40,536 nt of DNA, taken from positions 1 through 40,536 of the IMG/VR virus record IMGVR_UViG_3300031965_000078; one strand, written 5' to 3'. Under the pieces are notes generated by a model that saw only the letters and a program-made list of their open reading frames with translations, ran no database searches and was not told where the DNA came from. Numbering within the stretch: position 1 is the stretch's first letter; each line of letters starts with the position of its first letter. The position numbers were made by a program, and so were the translations under genes. This stretch comes from a virus (lineage: Duplodnaviria; Caudoviricetes). Below are positions 18,893 through 27,710 of this stretch, one piece after another.

Positions 18893-19317
18893 TCTATAAA
18901 AAACAGGGATGGGAAGTCCGTTTGGACGCATTGATAAATGAATACTACTTCACCCCATTTGTATGGGGAGAAAACGATTGCTTCATTTTCGCGCACGATA
19001 TCTTGAAAGCCGTTTCCGGCGTGGATGTCATCGCGCCATATCGTGGCCAATACAAAGATGAAGAATCCGCCCGCGCCTTGCTGGAAAAACATGCTGGCGG
19101 GAAATACGAAGCTTCATTTTCCGGCCTTGAACGGGTTGAAAACCCCGCCTTTGCACAGCGCGGGGATGTTGGTATCATTGAAATTGAAGGCAAGGAATAT
19201 TGTGGCGGCATAGGAACAAATGCAAGGTTCTTCATGATCCGCCCATTGGGCGGCGGTTTGATGTCCTTGTCTGTAAAGGCCGCTTCCAAGAAATTGAGAC
19301 TGTGGAGGGCCATATAA
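18889..19317 (+). CDS. NlpC/P60-like tail-tip protein (DUF6950-like)
   Basis: PF.WG.NDC..FA, AQRGDVG. Confidence 0.75.
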   Translation: MIYKKQGWEVRLDALINEYYFTPFVWGENDCFIFAHDILKAVSGVDVIAPYRGQYKDEESARALLEKHAGGKYEASFSGLERVENPAFAQRGDVGIIEIEGKEYCGGIGTNARFFMIRPLGGGLMSLSVKAASKKLRLWRAI

Positions 19318-19318
19318 A

Positions 19319-22222
19319 ATGCCACAGGTGATTCCGGCGGTGGTTGCGGGGCTTGCGGCTGGTTCATGGGTCGCTGGCGGATCGCTGATTCTTGGATTTT
19401 CCACCACGGCTTTTGTCGGATCGCTTGTCCTGTCCGGTGTGGGCGCGTTGCTTGCGCCAAAGCCGCCGAAATCTTCCGGGTTTCAGGGGCAGAAAGGCGG
19501 CGGGATCACCCGCCAGATACGCCAGCCCCTGACACCGCGCCGCATGGTGTTTGGCGAAGTCCGAACGTCCGGGCCATATGCCTTCATCGGTTCTTCGGAT
19601 GACAATGAATTTCTGCACATGATTATTGTCACGTCTTCTCATGAAGTTGAAGAAGTCGGGGAAGTGTGGATCAATGAAGATTCCATTACAGATGACATGC
19701 TGGATGCAAATGGCGATGTCACCACGGGCAAATATTATGTGGGCAGCACGGCATATATCCGAATCAAGAAAATGACCGGGGCCACGGATCAGGCCGCGCT
19801 TCAAAACATGATTGATGCCTTCCCGGATGACTGGACAACATCGCACCGCTTGCGCGGGTGTTCATATTTATACGTTCGCCTTAAATACAATACCGATGTT
19901 TTCCCCGGCGGGATTCCCGTGATTTCTTCATGGTTGAAGGGATATAAGACATACGATTCGCGCACGGACACAAGCTATTGGCACCACAATCCGATGATGA
20001 TCTTGCGTTCGTATTTGAGAGACACAGACCTTGGGATCAGCATTTCGGACACAAAGTTCAATGATGATGCCACGGATTCGGGCGCGAATACCTGTGAAGA
20101 ATTTGTTGCCACCACGGAAATTGCCGAAACCGTTTCGGCGGTGGATGCGTCCACGGATATCATATCGCTGGATAACACCATATTGCAGTTCCAGACAGGC
20201 GATAGGGTGCAGGTTTCTTCCGACACGTCCGGGGGCATTCCGGCAGGGATTTCCGCCGCCACGAATTACTATGTGATCGTGTATCAGCGCAAGGACACGG
20301 CGCGGATCAAACTGGCTTCATCGTATGCAAACGCCATTGCCGGAACCGCCGTGAACATAACGGATGAAGGAAGCGGCACCATCACCATCACCAAGAACGC
20401 GGAACCGCGCTACAATGGCGGCGGGATCATAGACAGCGACATTGAACCGCAGGAAGCCATAACGGGCATATTGTCGGCAATGGCCGGGAAAGCCCTTTAC
20501 ACGGGCGGAAAATGGACTTTGACCGCAGGGGCATATCAAACGCCAACGCTTTCATATGATGAAAGTGATCTTGTTTCCGGCTATGTGGTGAACACAAAGA
20601 TTTCCCGGCGTGATCGATTTAACCGGGTGATAGGCACCTACACAAGCCAATTGAATAACGGGCAGCCCGCCGATTATCCCCCGGTGACAAATTCCACCTA
20701 TCAAACGGAAGATGGCGAACAGATTGACCGAAACTATGATCTGCCATTCACGCAACGCCCACATATGGCGCAGCGTTTGGCGAAGATCGCGCTGGAACAG
20801 GCCCGGCAGGAAATCACCTTTTCCGCGAAATTCAAATTGACCGCCTTCAAGTTCCAGATTGGCGACAACATTCTTCTTTCGATTACCCGCATGGGATGGA
20901 CGAACAAGGCTTTTGAGGTTGTGGATTGGTCTTACAATGAAGAAATAAAAGATGGCGCGGTCACGCCATACATTGAAGTCAAGCTAAAAGAAACGGCTTC
21001 CACGGTTTATGACTGGAACAATGGAGAGGAAACAGCGGTTGATCCCGCGCCGAACACATCATTTCCGGATGTCCTGAATGTGGGTGAACCCGGCGCACCT
21101 GTGATTGTGGAATCTCTCTATTCATCCCGCAATGGCGGCGGCGTGAAAGCATTGGCCACGGTGACTTGCACCGCAAGCACGGATGCGTTCGTGGAAAGAT
21201 ACCAGTTCCGCTATAAACTGAACACAGATACGGAATACATCACGCTGGCGGAAACCACGGTTCCCAAACAGGAAATTTTTGATATCCCCCCCGGAGTATA
21301 TGAATTTGGTGTCCGCGCCATAAATGCGTTGGGTGTGAAATCGGATTGGGTTACAACTTCGCCGCAGGAAATATATGTCCTTTCAGCCGCGCCGGAAGAT
21401 ATTGCGGGGTTAAACATACAGGCCATTTCAAGCCTTGCATTGTTGCGGTGGAATCTGCATCCGGATTTGGACGTGAAAGAAGGCGGCCTTATAAAATTCC
21501 GTCATTCCCCGGCATTGTCTGGCGCAACATGGGCAACATCCGTTTCCATTGGCGAGTCCGTGGCCGGGAATGTCACTGAAACATTGCTTCCATTGAAGGA
21601 AGGTACGTATCTTGCACGCGCCTTTGATAGCACTGGAAATTTAAGTGAAAATTCCGTTAAGGTAACGACAAAGGCGGCAACCATCGCATCATTCTCCAAC
21701 GTGGAAACGATCACGGAAAACCCCGATTTTTCCGGAAGCAAATCTGGATGCACGATTGAAACAAGCACATCGCCGGATGTCTTGAAAATTGACGGTGTAG
21801 GACTCTTTGACGATATAGCGGATTTTGATTCCGTTTCTGACCTTGATGCATATGGCGGGATTTCTTCATCCGGAACATATGATTTTGCATCTGGAACAGA
21901 CCTTGGAAGTGTTCAAACTGTGCGGCTGGAATCCCACATCAAGGCAACTGTGGTGAATGTTCTGTATGAAATAGATGACCGCACCGAAGATATTGATGAT
22001 TGGGAAAGCTTTGATGGCCAAGTCACCGGGGAATCTGATTGCCAAATATGGGTGCGGGAAACGGATGACGATCCAGCCGCAAGCCCAACATGGGGCGAGT
22101 GGCAAAGGCTGGATGTGGGTGAATACACGGCCCGCGCTTTCCAATATCAGGCCCGGCTTTCAAGTTCCGATCCGGCATATAATATTTATGTCGAAGAGTT
22201 GAAAATGTATGTGGATCAATGA
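19319..22222 (+). CDS. Central tail fibre / host-specificity J-like protein with FN3-like domains
   Basis: 967 aa; R..VFGE.R.SG, H.LRG..Y, LPFT...AQRLAKI.L; YEF.VRAINALG. Confidence 0.85.
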   Translation: MPQVIPAVVAGLAAGSWVAGGSLILGFSTTAFVGSLVLSGVGALLAPKPPKSSGFQGQKGGGITRQIRQPLTPRRMVFGEVRTSGPYAFIGSSDDNEFLHMIIVTSSHEVEEVGEVWINEDSITDDMLDANGDVTTGKYYVGSTAYIRIKKMTGATDQAALQNMIDAFPDDWTTSHRLRGCSYLYVRLKYNTDVFPGGIPVISSWLKGYKTYDSRTDTSYWHHNPMMILRSYLRDTDLGISISDTKFNDDATDSGANTCEEFVATTEIAETVSAVDASTDIISLDNTILQFQTGDRVQVSSDTSGGIPAGISAATNYYVIVYQRKDTARIKLASSYANAIAGTAVNITDEGSGTITITKNAEPRYNGGGIIDSDIEPQEAITGILSAMAGKALYTGGKWTLTAGAYQTPTLSYDESDLVSGYVVNTKISRRDRFNRVIGTYTSQLNNGQPADYPPVTNSTYQTEDGEQIDRNYDLPFTQRPHMAQRLAKIALEQARQEITFSAKFKLTAFKFQIGDNILLSITRMGWTNKAFEVVDWSYNEEIKDGAVTPYIEVKLKETASTVYDWNNGEETAVDPAPNTSFPDVLNVGEPGAPVIVESLYSSRNGGGVKALATVTCTASTDAFVERYQFRYKLNTDTEYITLAETTVPKQEIFDIPPGVYEFGVRAINALGVKSDWVTTSPQEIYVLSAAPEDIAGLNIQAISSLALLRWNLHPDLDVKEGGLIKFRHSPALSGATWATSVSIGESVAGNVTETLLPLKEGTYLARAFDSTGNLSENSVKVTTKAATIASFSNVETITENPDFSGSKSGCTIETSTSPDVLKIDGVGLFDDIADFDSVSDLDAYGGISSSGTYDFASGTDLGSVQTVRLESHIKATVVNVLYEIDDRTEDIDDWESFDGQVTGESDCQIWVRETDDDPAASPTWGEWQRLDVGEYTARAFQYQARLSSSDPAYNIYVEELKMYVDQ

Positions 22223-22248
22223 TATACTTCGCGCAGGGAGAATGAAGG

Positions 22249-23037
22249 ATGTCACAGAATGATATGGTCATTGCCAATGCGGCTGGTTCAGTAGTCCGGG
22301 CCGATGTAAACAGCGCATTGCAAGCACTGGCAACGCTTTCCAGCGGAACGTCATCGCCTTCCACAACATATGCCGGGCAATCTTGGTGGGATACTACCAA
22401 CAACCTTTTGAAGATAAGAAACGGTGCAAACAGCGCGTGGATAACCATTGCATCTTTTGACGGTTCAACTTTTCTCCCCTATGTCCTGCCCGGCGAAACC
22501 GACAATGAATTATTGCGCTTCGATGGAACAGCCGGAATTGTTCAGGGAACCGGAGTAACTATTGATGACAGTCAAGTTTTTAACGGTGTGGGCGGGATAA
22601 ATTTTGGTGACGAAGACCTTAGTTATTATGATGAAGCGGGAAATTTTACGGCAGAAATTGAAGGGTCGGCAACACCCGGAACGCCGACTTACGCTTCTCA
22701 ATTGAGTGGGTATACCCGCGTTGGAAATATATGTTTTTTTGCCCTTTTAGTCGGATGGTTGAATTTGGGCGGCGCGGCTGGTTCAATTCGTATTTCAGGT
22801 CTTCCTTTTACGGTACGGGGTCAGAGCGGTTCCAATATCGGGAGCATCCCTTTAAGCACATCCGAATATTCAGGCATCTCTCTTTCAACGGGAAAAACCC
22901 TGATGCCGCTGGCGCAGGCGGGTACAGACTATATCACCCTTAACCAAGGTGGCGATACGGATGCATTAGATGAGTTGAACGAAAGTGAAGCAACCGCCGC
23001 CGGGGTAATTTATGTTAGTGGGTTTTTCTTTATTTAA
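22249..23037 (+). CDS. Tail fibre / receptor-binding protein
   Basis: MSQ.D.VIAN..G..VRAD.N.AL, W.DT...LKIRN.AN..W; C-terminal YTRVGN...GLPF. Confidence 0.75.
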   Translation: MSQNDMVIANAAGSVVRADVNSALQALATLSSGTSSPSTTYAGQSWWDTTNNLLKIRNGANSAWITIASFDGSTFLPYVLPGETDNELLRFDGTAGIVQGTGVTIDDSQVFNGVGGINFGDEDLSYYDEAGNFTAEIEGSATPGTPTYASQLSGYTRVGNICFFALLVGWLNLGGAAGSIRISGLPFTVRGQSGSNIGSIPLSTSEYSGISLSTGKTLMPLAQAGTDYITLNQGGDTDALDELNESEATAAGVIYVSGFFFI

Positions 23038-23052
23038 AGGGAGTATATACGA

Positions 23053-23454
23053 ATGGAACTAAGAAAAGTCGAGCTTGAAGAGGATACAGGGTGCGCTTTC
23101 ATTGTTTTTATTAACGAACATGGAAAGAATCATCGTGTTTCTGTCCCGCGTGGCCGGGTGGACAGGTTGGAAAAATTAAACCTTCCTTCTGAAACATATT
23201 CCCTCGTGATAGATCATTGGAAAAAGCCGCATATACAGGACTTTCTTAAAAAGGATCAAGAGGAAAAAATCGCTCTGGAAAAAAAGTTGAAAGAGAAAAA
23301 ACAGAGCGCAGAAGATGAACTCAAAGAACAAGAAAAACTTGCCGCCGCCGCGAAGAAAAAAGAACAAGACGATATCGCCCGCGAAAAAGCGGAATTGGCG
23401 CAAATGACCGCTGATATTGTTTTGAAGGCTCTAAAGGATCAGGGGAAGGTTTAA
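23053..23454 (+). CDS. Hypothetical protein (possible fibre chaperone)
   Basis: AAGGGAG RBS; coiled-coil C-terminus. Confidence 0.6.
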   Translation: MELRKVELEEDTGCAFIVFINEHGKNHRVSVPRGRVDRLEKLNLPSETYSLVIDHWKKPHIQDFLKKDQEEKIALEKKLKEKKQSAEDELKEQEKLAAAAKKKEQDDIAREKAELAQMTADIVLKALKDQGKV

Positions 23455-23747
23455 TGTCTGAACCACATGTTTTGGAATTGTCCAAGGCTGTGAATGATTT
23501 GGCTTTGGAAGTCAGGGGGATAGCTGTTGAATTGAAATTAACGGTCAAATGCCTTGATAAACATTGCGAAGTGACAAACAAGATTCTTGACAGGCATTCT
23601 GACAGGCACCAAGCGCACGATATCGCTATAAACGAAAACGCAAAAGGCTTGGAGAGACAGGAAACAAGATGGCGGGTTTTAAAATTTGTGATTGGATTGC
23701 CCGGCATTGGCGGGGCTATAGCCGCCGCTTTGCACCTGAAAGGATGA
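23454..23747 (+). CDS. Holin-like protein (coiled coil plus C-terminal TM)
   Basis: Hydrophobic C-terminus; directly upstream of the endolysin. Confidence 0.5.
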   Translation: MSEPHVLELSKAVNDLALEVRGIAVELKLTVKCLDKHCEVTNKILDRHSDRHQAHDIAINENAKGLERQETRWRVLKFVIGLPGIGGAIAAALHLKG

Positions 23748-23758
23748 AGGAAAAAACC

Positions 23759-24259
23759 ATGTGGCCTTTGCAGGATCGCGAATCCATGAATGCGTTCTAT
23801 GGTGATCCGGACACCAACCGGGATGGGATACCGGATAGGAAGTGGGAATCGGAAAACCTTGTTCGATTCAAAACGCCATATCCCATGGTGTTGGCTTGGA
23901 ATGACAAGCCGCTGCAACGAATCACCATCCACAAAAAATGCTATGAAAGCCTTGAGAGGATTTTGACGCGAATCGGGCAGGAATTTACCGAAGAAGAAAT
24001 TCGCCGCTTCCAGCTTAACCGATTCGGCGGAACGTACAATTTTCGCATGACGCGGGGCGGAACCCGGCTTTCAATCCATTCATGGGGCGCGGCCATTGAT
24101 CTTGCCCCAACCCTGAACCCCCTTGGCCGGACACATGACGCGGCCAGCTTCATGATGCCTGAAAAGGCCGTGAAAATCTTTGAATCCGAAGGCTGGATAT
24201 GGGGCGGAAAATGGAAAAGACCGGACGGGATGCATTTTCAGGCCGCTAGGATCGCCTGA
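23759..24259 (+). CDS. Endolysin, M15 family peptidase
   Basis: YNFR, SIHSWGAAID, WGG.W..PDGMHFQ. Confidence 0.9.
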   Translation: MWPLQDRESMNAFYGDPDTNRDGIPDRKWESENLVRFKTPYPMVLAWNDKPLQRITIHKKCYESLERILTRIGQEFTEEEIRRFQLNRFGGTYNFRMTRGGTRLSIHSWGAAIDLAPTLNPLGRTHDAASFMMPEKAVKIFESEGWIWGGKWKRPDGMHFQAARIA

Positions 24260-24449
24260 AATGTGGTACAATGTTCATGCACTGTTATCTGGGCCGCCCA
24301 ACTCCTTAAACGTGTTGGGAGCGCGAAAGAGGGGATGCGTGGGCTTTGGGCGGGGGATTGATAATCCCGCATTTTTGGCCTAATTCCTTCATCCCCCGGC
24401 TGGCCCCGGACGGAACACCGGGGCACCATATTTTTGAAAGGAAGACACC

Positions 24450-24611
24450 ATGAAAAACAAAACTGTCATCATCGGCGCGATCACGGCTCTTGTCCTTGGC
24501 GTGGCGGCGTTCTTCACGGGCGGACAAGATATCGAAGCGGGTCTGAAAGCGTTCTGTGAGAATGCGCCCACGTCCGCCGAAACGCCCGTGCCTGAACAGC
24601 CTACAGAATAA
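24450..24611 (+). CDS. Small N-terminal TM protein (holin/antiholin candidate)
   Basis: Not in the ORF track: MKNKTVIIGAITALVLGVAAFFTGG...PTE*, with GAAAGGAAG RBS. Confidence 0.65.
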   Translation: MKNKTVIIGAITALVLGVAAFFTGGQDIEAGLKAFCENAPTSAETPVPEQPTE

Positions 24612-24624
24612 CGGGGGCCGCACC

Positions 24625-24915
24625 ATGGGGTTTGGAATGAAGGCCGGGGCCGCAATCTTCGGCCTTCTTCTTGTGGCCGGAAGTTACTGGCTGGCATACG
24701 AAAAGGGCTATGATGCCGGGAAAACGAAGGTGGAAAGCGCGGTTTCCATGGCCGCGCTGGATGCCGCCGATGATGCAGAAAAGGGGGCCGCCGATGCGCT
24801 CAAAAACCTTGAAACCGACACCAACGAAATCTTCCGCGCCACGCCGGATGGCGATGGCCCTATTGCCCCTGTTCTTCGCGGCCAGCTTGACCGGATGCGA
24901 CACGCTCAAAATTAA
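24625..24915 (+). CDS. Inner-membrane spanin (Rz-like)
   Basis: N-terminal TM, Y.KGY.AG, helical body. Confidence 0.7.
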   Translation: MGFGMKAGAAIFGLLLVAGSYWLAYEKGYDAGKTKVESAVSMAALDAADDAEKGAADALKNLETDTNEIFRATPDGDGPIAPVLRGQLDRMRHAQN

Positions 24916-25048
24916 GCCGCAGGGACACCGTGTGGCCCATCCAAGCGTTCCGGCACCCGATGCCACCCAAAAGGACGTGGCCCTGTTTCTGGCCCGCTAC
25001 AAGGCCGCGCTGGACAGGTGCAACGCGCAGTTCCCGGTTAAGCCCTGA
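24848..25048 (+). CDS. Outer-membrane spanin lipoprotein (Rz1-like)
   Basis: Signal peptide with lipobox LTGC; Pro-rich; overlaps the Rz 3' end. Confidence 0.72.
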   Translation: MAMALLPLFFAASLTGCDTLKIKPQGHRVAHPSVPAPDATQKDVALFLARYKAALDRCNAQFPVKP

Positions 25049-25562
25049 AATGGAACCGTGGCGGGCCGCCGCCGTGCCGGGAAAACAGATACCATGAACA
25101 GTTGTCCATCCCGGTGTTGTCCGTACCCTCTATCCACTTAACCCGGCCCACGGACACAATATCAAGGCACATAGCTTCAAAAGGCGCGGCCTGAACCGTT
25201 TGCATCCAGTCAGAATCAAAAAGAAGCCATGTATCGGCGTGATCCGTGAAACGGCGGATCATGGCATGAAGGATATCACGATCCCAAGGCGGATTCGTGA
25301 TGACAAGATCGCATGGCGGGAACCCCGCATCAAAAAACAATACATCGCGCTGGTCTATGCCAGGCCCTTGTGGTTCCAGATCACAGGCATACACGCATTG
25401 ATGCCCGTGGCGTTCAATGTGGCGGATCAGCCGCCCATCCCCCGCGCACGGTTCAATGAATTTCGTTTCTGGCGGAAGGTGTCGAAGAAGGGGAACCACG
25501 GCTTCATAGGGTGTCGGGTAAAAATCCCTCTCCACACGCTCAAAATTGCTACGCTTTCCCAT
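25038..25562 (-). CDS. DNA amino-methyltransferase (probably N6-adenine)
   Basis: DFYPTP, FIEPCAGDG, ITNPPW. Confidence 0.85.
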   Translation of the reverse strand: MGKRSNFERVERDFYPTPYEAVVPLLRHLPPETKFIEPCAGDGRLIRHIERHGHQCVYACDLEPQGPGIDQRDVLFFDAGFPPCDLVITNPPWDRDILHAMIRRFTDHADTWLLFDSDWMQTVQAAPFEAMCLDIVSVGRVKWIEGTDNTGMDNCSWYLFSRHGGGPPRFHFRA

Positions 25563-25565
25563 GTG

Positions 25566-25593
25566 AAAAAAGGGCGGGCCGCGAAGCCCGCCC
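25566..25593 (-). terminator. Rho-independent terminator
   Basis: GGGCGGGC-TTCGCG-GCCCGCCC-TTTTTT on the - strand. Confidence 0.7.
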
Positions 25594-25599
25594 CAATTC

Positions 25600-26523
25600 T
25601 TAATCAGCGTTACGGCTGTTTTCAGGCGAGCCGTTGAACATCGGGATTTGTGTTTCCAGATGCACATTGTTGCATACCGCATCGAAAGCCGCTGTGAAGA
25701 CAACCTTCTTCCTGTACAGTTCATAGAACCATATGATTGTTCCTTCCTTCTTGCGGAAGCGAAGGCGCACAGGGAATTGATATCCAAGACCGTTTTCAAA
25801 TACCGGGATTCCAATGCAAAACCATTCAGGGAGCTTCAAGGGCTGACCCGCAGAGTCCTTGTGTTCGGTTGTGAATTGCATGTTGAAAGAACCATCCGAA
25901 TTTTTATAAACGTTCGTGATCTTTTCATCGCTTCGGATTTCGATTCCATGGGCAAGTTGCATGATCTCGCTTGGTGTTGCAAATTTAGGTGACACTGCAC
26001 CAAAATCAACCACCATGTGTTCTTGGTCGGCAATGACCATATCCGGGGCATTGTCTTCCAGAAATTGCGAAAACTCTTTCTGGTTGAAAGGCTGGCCGTT
26101 CTTTTCCAGCCACACTTCCATGGATTCTGACAGCGGGAAGTCATACTTCACGCCATGATCGCACCAATCGGCCTTTGTATCTTCCGGTGATTGTGGATGA
26201 TAGTTCAGGATTGCCCGGAGAGAGGCGCGGATGGATGTGTCAGTAATGTACGCATCGCGGAACACGGCGGAATTTTCGGCCTTGAACCTGTTCACAATCT
26301 GGATAAATGCGTGGTCATCGTTTGCTATAGAATATCCTTTACGGCGTTCCGGCTTTTCAAGATATTCGTCAAAAAGCGGCTTGACGCTTTTCAGCGTCAT
26401 GTGCTCTGGAACAAGCGCGAATGGGATTTGCTTCCCTTCTTCATCGCTGGTAAGTTGGTTAATGCGCCCAACAACAGGATTTTGGCTTTTTTGCAGGGCT
26501 TCGATTGCGTCTTTATCAAACAT
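25600..26523 (-). CDS. DUF2303 (YfdQ-like) protein
   Basis: Own RBS AAGAAGGA before ATG 26523; Q.EFS.FLEDN, IPVFENG, RLRFR motifs. Confidence 0.8.
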   Translation of the reverse strand: MFDKDAIEALQKSQNPVVGRINQLTSDEEGKQIPFALVPEHMTLKSVKPLFDEYLEKPERRKGYSIANDDHAFIQIVNRFKAENSAVFRDAYITDTSIRASLRAILNYHPQSPEDTKADWCDHGVKYDFPLSESMEVWLEKNGQPFNQKEFSQFLEDNAPDMVIADQEHMVVDFGAVSPKFATPSEIMQLAHGIEIRSDEKITNVYKNSDGSFNMQFTTEHKDSAGQPLKLPEWFCIGIPVFENGLGYQFPVRLRFRKKEGTIIWFYELYRKKVVFTAAFDAVCNNVHLETQIPMFNGSPENSRNAD

Positions 26524-26916
26524 GGTTTTTTTCCTTCTTGGTGATGGGTGTTTATACTGTGGTGGGAACCTTATGACGTTCCCATGATTGAAATCAAATT
26601 TCCGCTGGCGCGGGTCTTGTTCAATCAGGTTGTTGTTTGCATCGCACCACATGACGGATTTGGATTTTGGTTCCGCTGGCTTGGTGATTTTCTTGTCAGC
26701 GGAAATGTGGAACACGCCGTTTTGGAGGGCAATATCAAGGTTGACGGAAACCTTTCCCTTTGCCGATCCGCCAAAGGCCATGGCATGATTGCTCATATCC
26801 GCAATCAGTTCCTGAACCTCCCTTGAAATCTGGTCGTTAAACACACCACCATCTAGTGATGCGAGAATCACGCCAAAGCTTTTTGCGCTATTATGTTGAT
26901 TTTGTTCTTCGATAAT
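26524..26916 (-). CDS. YfdP-like small protein, in frame with DUF2303 (no stop); probable ATT start
   Basis: KGKV.V.L.I, K.P, N.L...DPRQ motifs; GGGAG RBS 7 nt before an in-frame ATT at 26916. Confidence 0.6.
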
Positions 26917-26993
26917 TGATTTACTCCCTTCAATGATTTGTTGGATGGAAAGCGGCGGATGCTTTTCTAGCCGATCACCGCCATTGGGCTATC

Positions 26994-27064
26994 TGGTTGC
27001 GGGGTGTGGATTCGAACCACAAACATCCAACTTATGAAGCTGGACAGCACCAAGCATCCCCGCC
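26994..27064 (-). tRNA. tRNA with CAU anticodon (Met/fMet/Ile2-like), reduced D-arm
   Basis: GCGGGG/CCCCGC acceptor with G1:A72 mismatch, encoded ACCA, T-arm TGTGG-TTCGAAT-CCACA, anticodon arm CCAGC-TTCATAA-GTTGG; 71 nt. Confidence 0.8.
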
Positions 27065-27069
27065 AAGTC

Positions 27070-27387
27070 TTAGGCGGCGGCTTTTTCGCCTTCGCCTTCT
27101 TCACCGCCGGGCACATCTTCGCCACCCTCGGTTTTCTGTTCTTCGGAACCGCTTTCAACGCCTTCCGTTCCACCCGCAGATTGCGGCGCAGATTCCAGAT
27201 CAGAATTAAAGCCGTTCACAACCAGATTTGCCACGGCTTCGGAAGCGTTTTCCCAAGCTGTACGGATTTGTTCCGGCAACTGGTCATATTCAGGCATTTC
27301 ATTTCCCTGAAAATTCTTGTTGTCCGTGGTTTGGCCGTATGCATGATATGCGGCGCGGGCGGCCAAGTTTTTTTTGTCTTGATTCAT
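27070..27387 (-). CDS. Hypothetical protein with acidic tail
   Basis: AAAGGA RBS; A..AY.AY...T..KN.QG..MP...L motif. Confidence 0.7.
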   Translation of the reverse strand: MNQDKKNLAARAAYHAYGQTTDNKNFQGNEMPEYDQLPEQIRTAWENASEAVANLVVNGFNSDLESAPQSAGGTEGVESGSEEQKTEGGEDVPGGEEGEGEKAAA

Positions 27388-27445
27388 GATGAATCCTTTC
27401 ATGGTTTTTGTGCGGGGAACATCGAAGGCGGCCCCCCATCGCCTA

Positions 27446-27697
27446 TTAGATGAACGCCGGGAGATAATGTTTCCGGCTGTGTCGTGTGATGATGCCTTTG
27501 GCAATCATGTTTTTCAAGTGGAAACGGATGTTTGTGCGGTGGGTGCCATGTTCTTCCGCAATGTCGCTGTTTATCAGTGGCGCGTTCTTTTTCATGTATG
27601 CGCCAACAGCGATAAAATAAACATCGCGTTCAGTTTCCGTTGCTTCCTTCTTTGTCAGCCAGTTTTGAATCTCTTTTTTTGTTTTTCTTTTTGCCAT
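27446..27697 (-). CDS. Winged-HTH DNA-binding protein (LexA-N-like)
   Basis: P...DIA...G...NI..HL..M..KG.I.R. Confidence 0.65.
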   Translation of the reverse strand: MAKRKTKKEIQNWLTKKEATETERDVYFIAVGAYMKKNAPLINSDIAEEHGTHRTNIRFHLKNMIAKGIITRHSRKHYLPAFI

Positions 27698-27710
27698 GAT
27701 TTCCCTGCCT

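Noticed and set aside
19319-23037. Diversity-generating retroelement or invertible tail-fibre cassette
   Set aside because: No reverse transcriptase, invertase or TR/VR repeat pair was seen.
24343-24428. Second tRNA or tmRNA piece ending in ACCA
   Set aside because: No T-loop (TTCRA) or paired T-arm, and no cloverleaf.
26953-26993. Theta/HDV-like ribozyme after the tRNA
   Set aside because: Only 5 nt lie between the P2 and P1 strands, leaving no room for P3/L3/P1.1. Kept only as a simple pseudoknot.
26994-27064. tRNA as an attP/integration site
   Set aside because: No integrase was recognised and no duplicated tRNA 3' end was seen.
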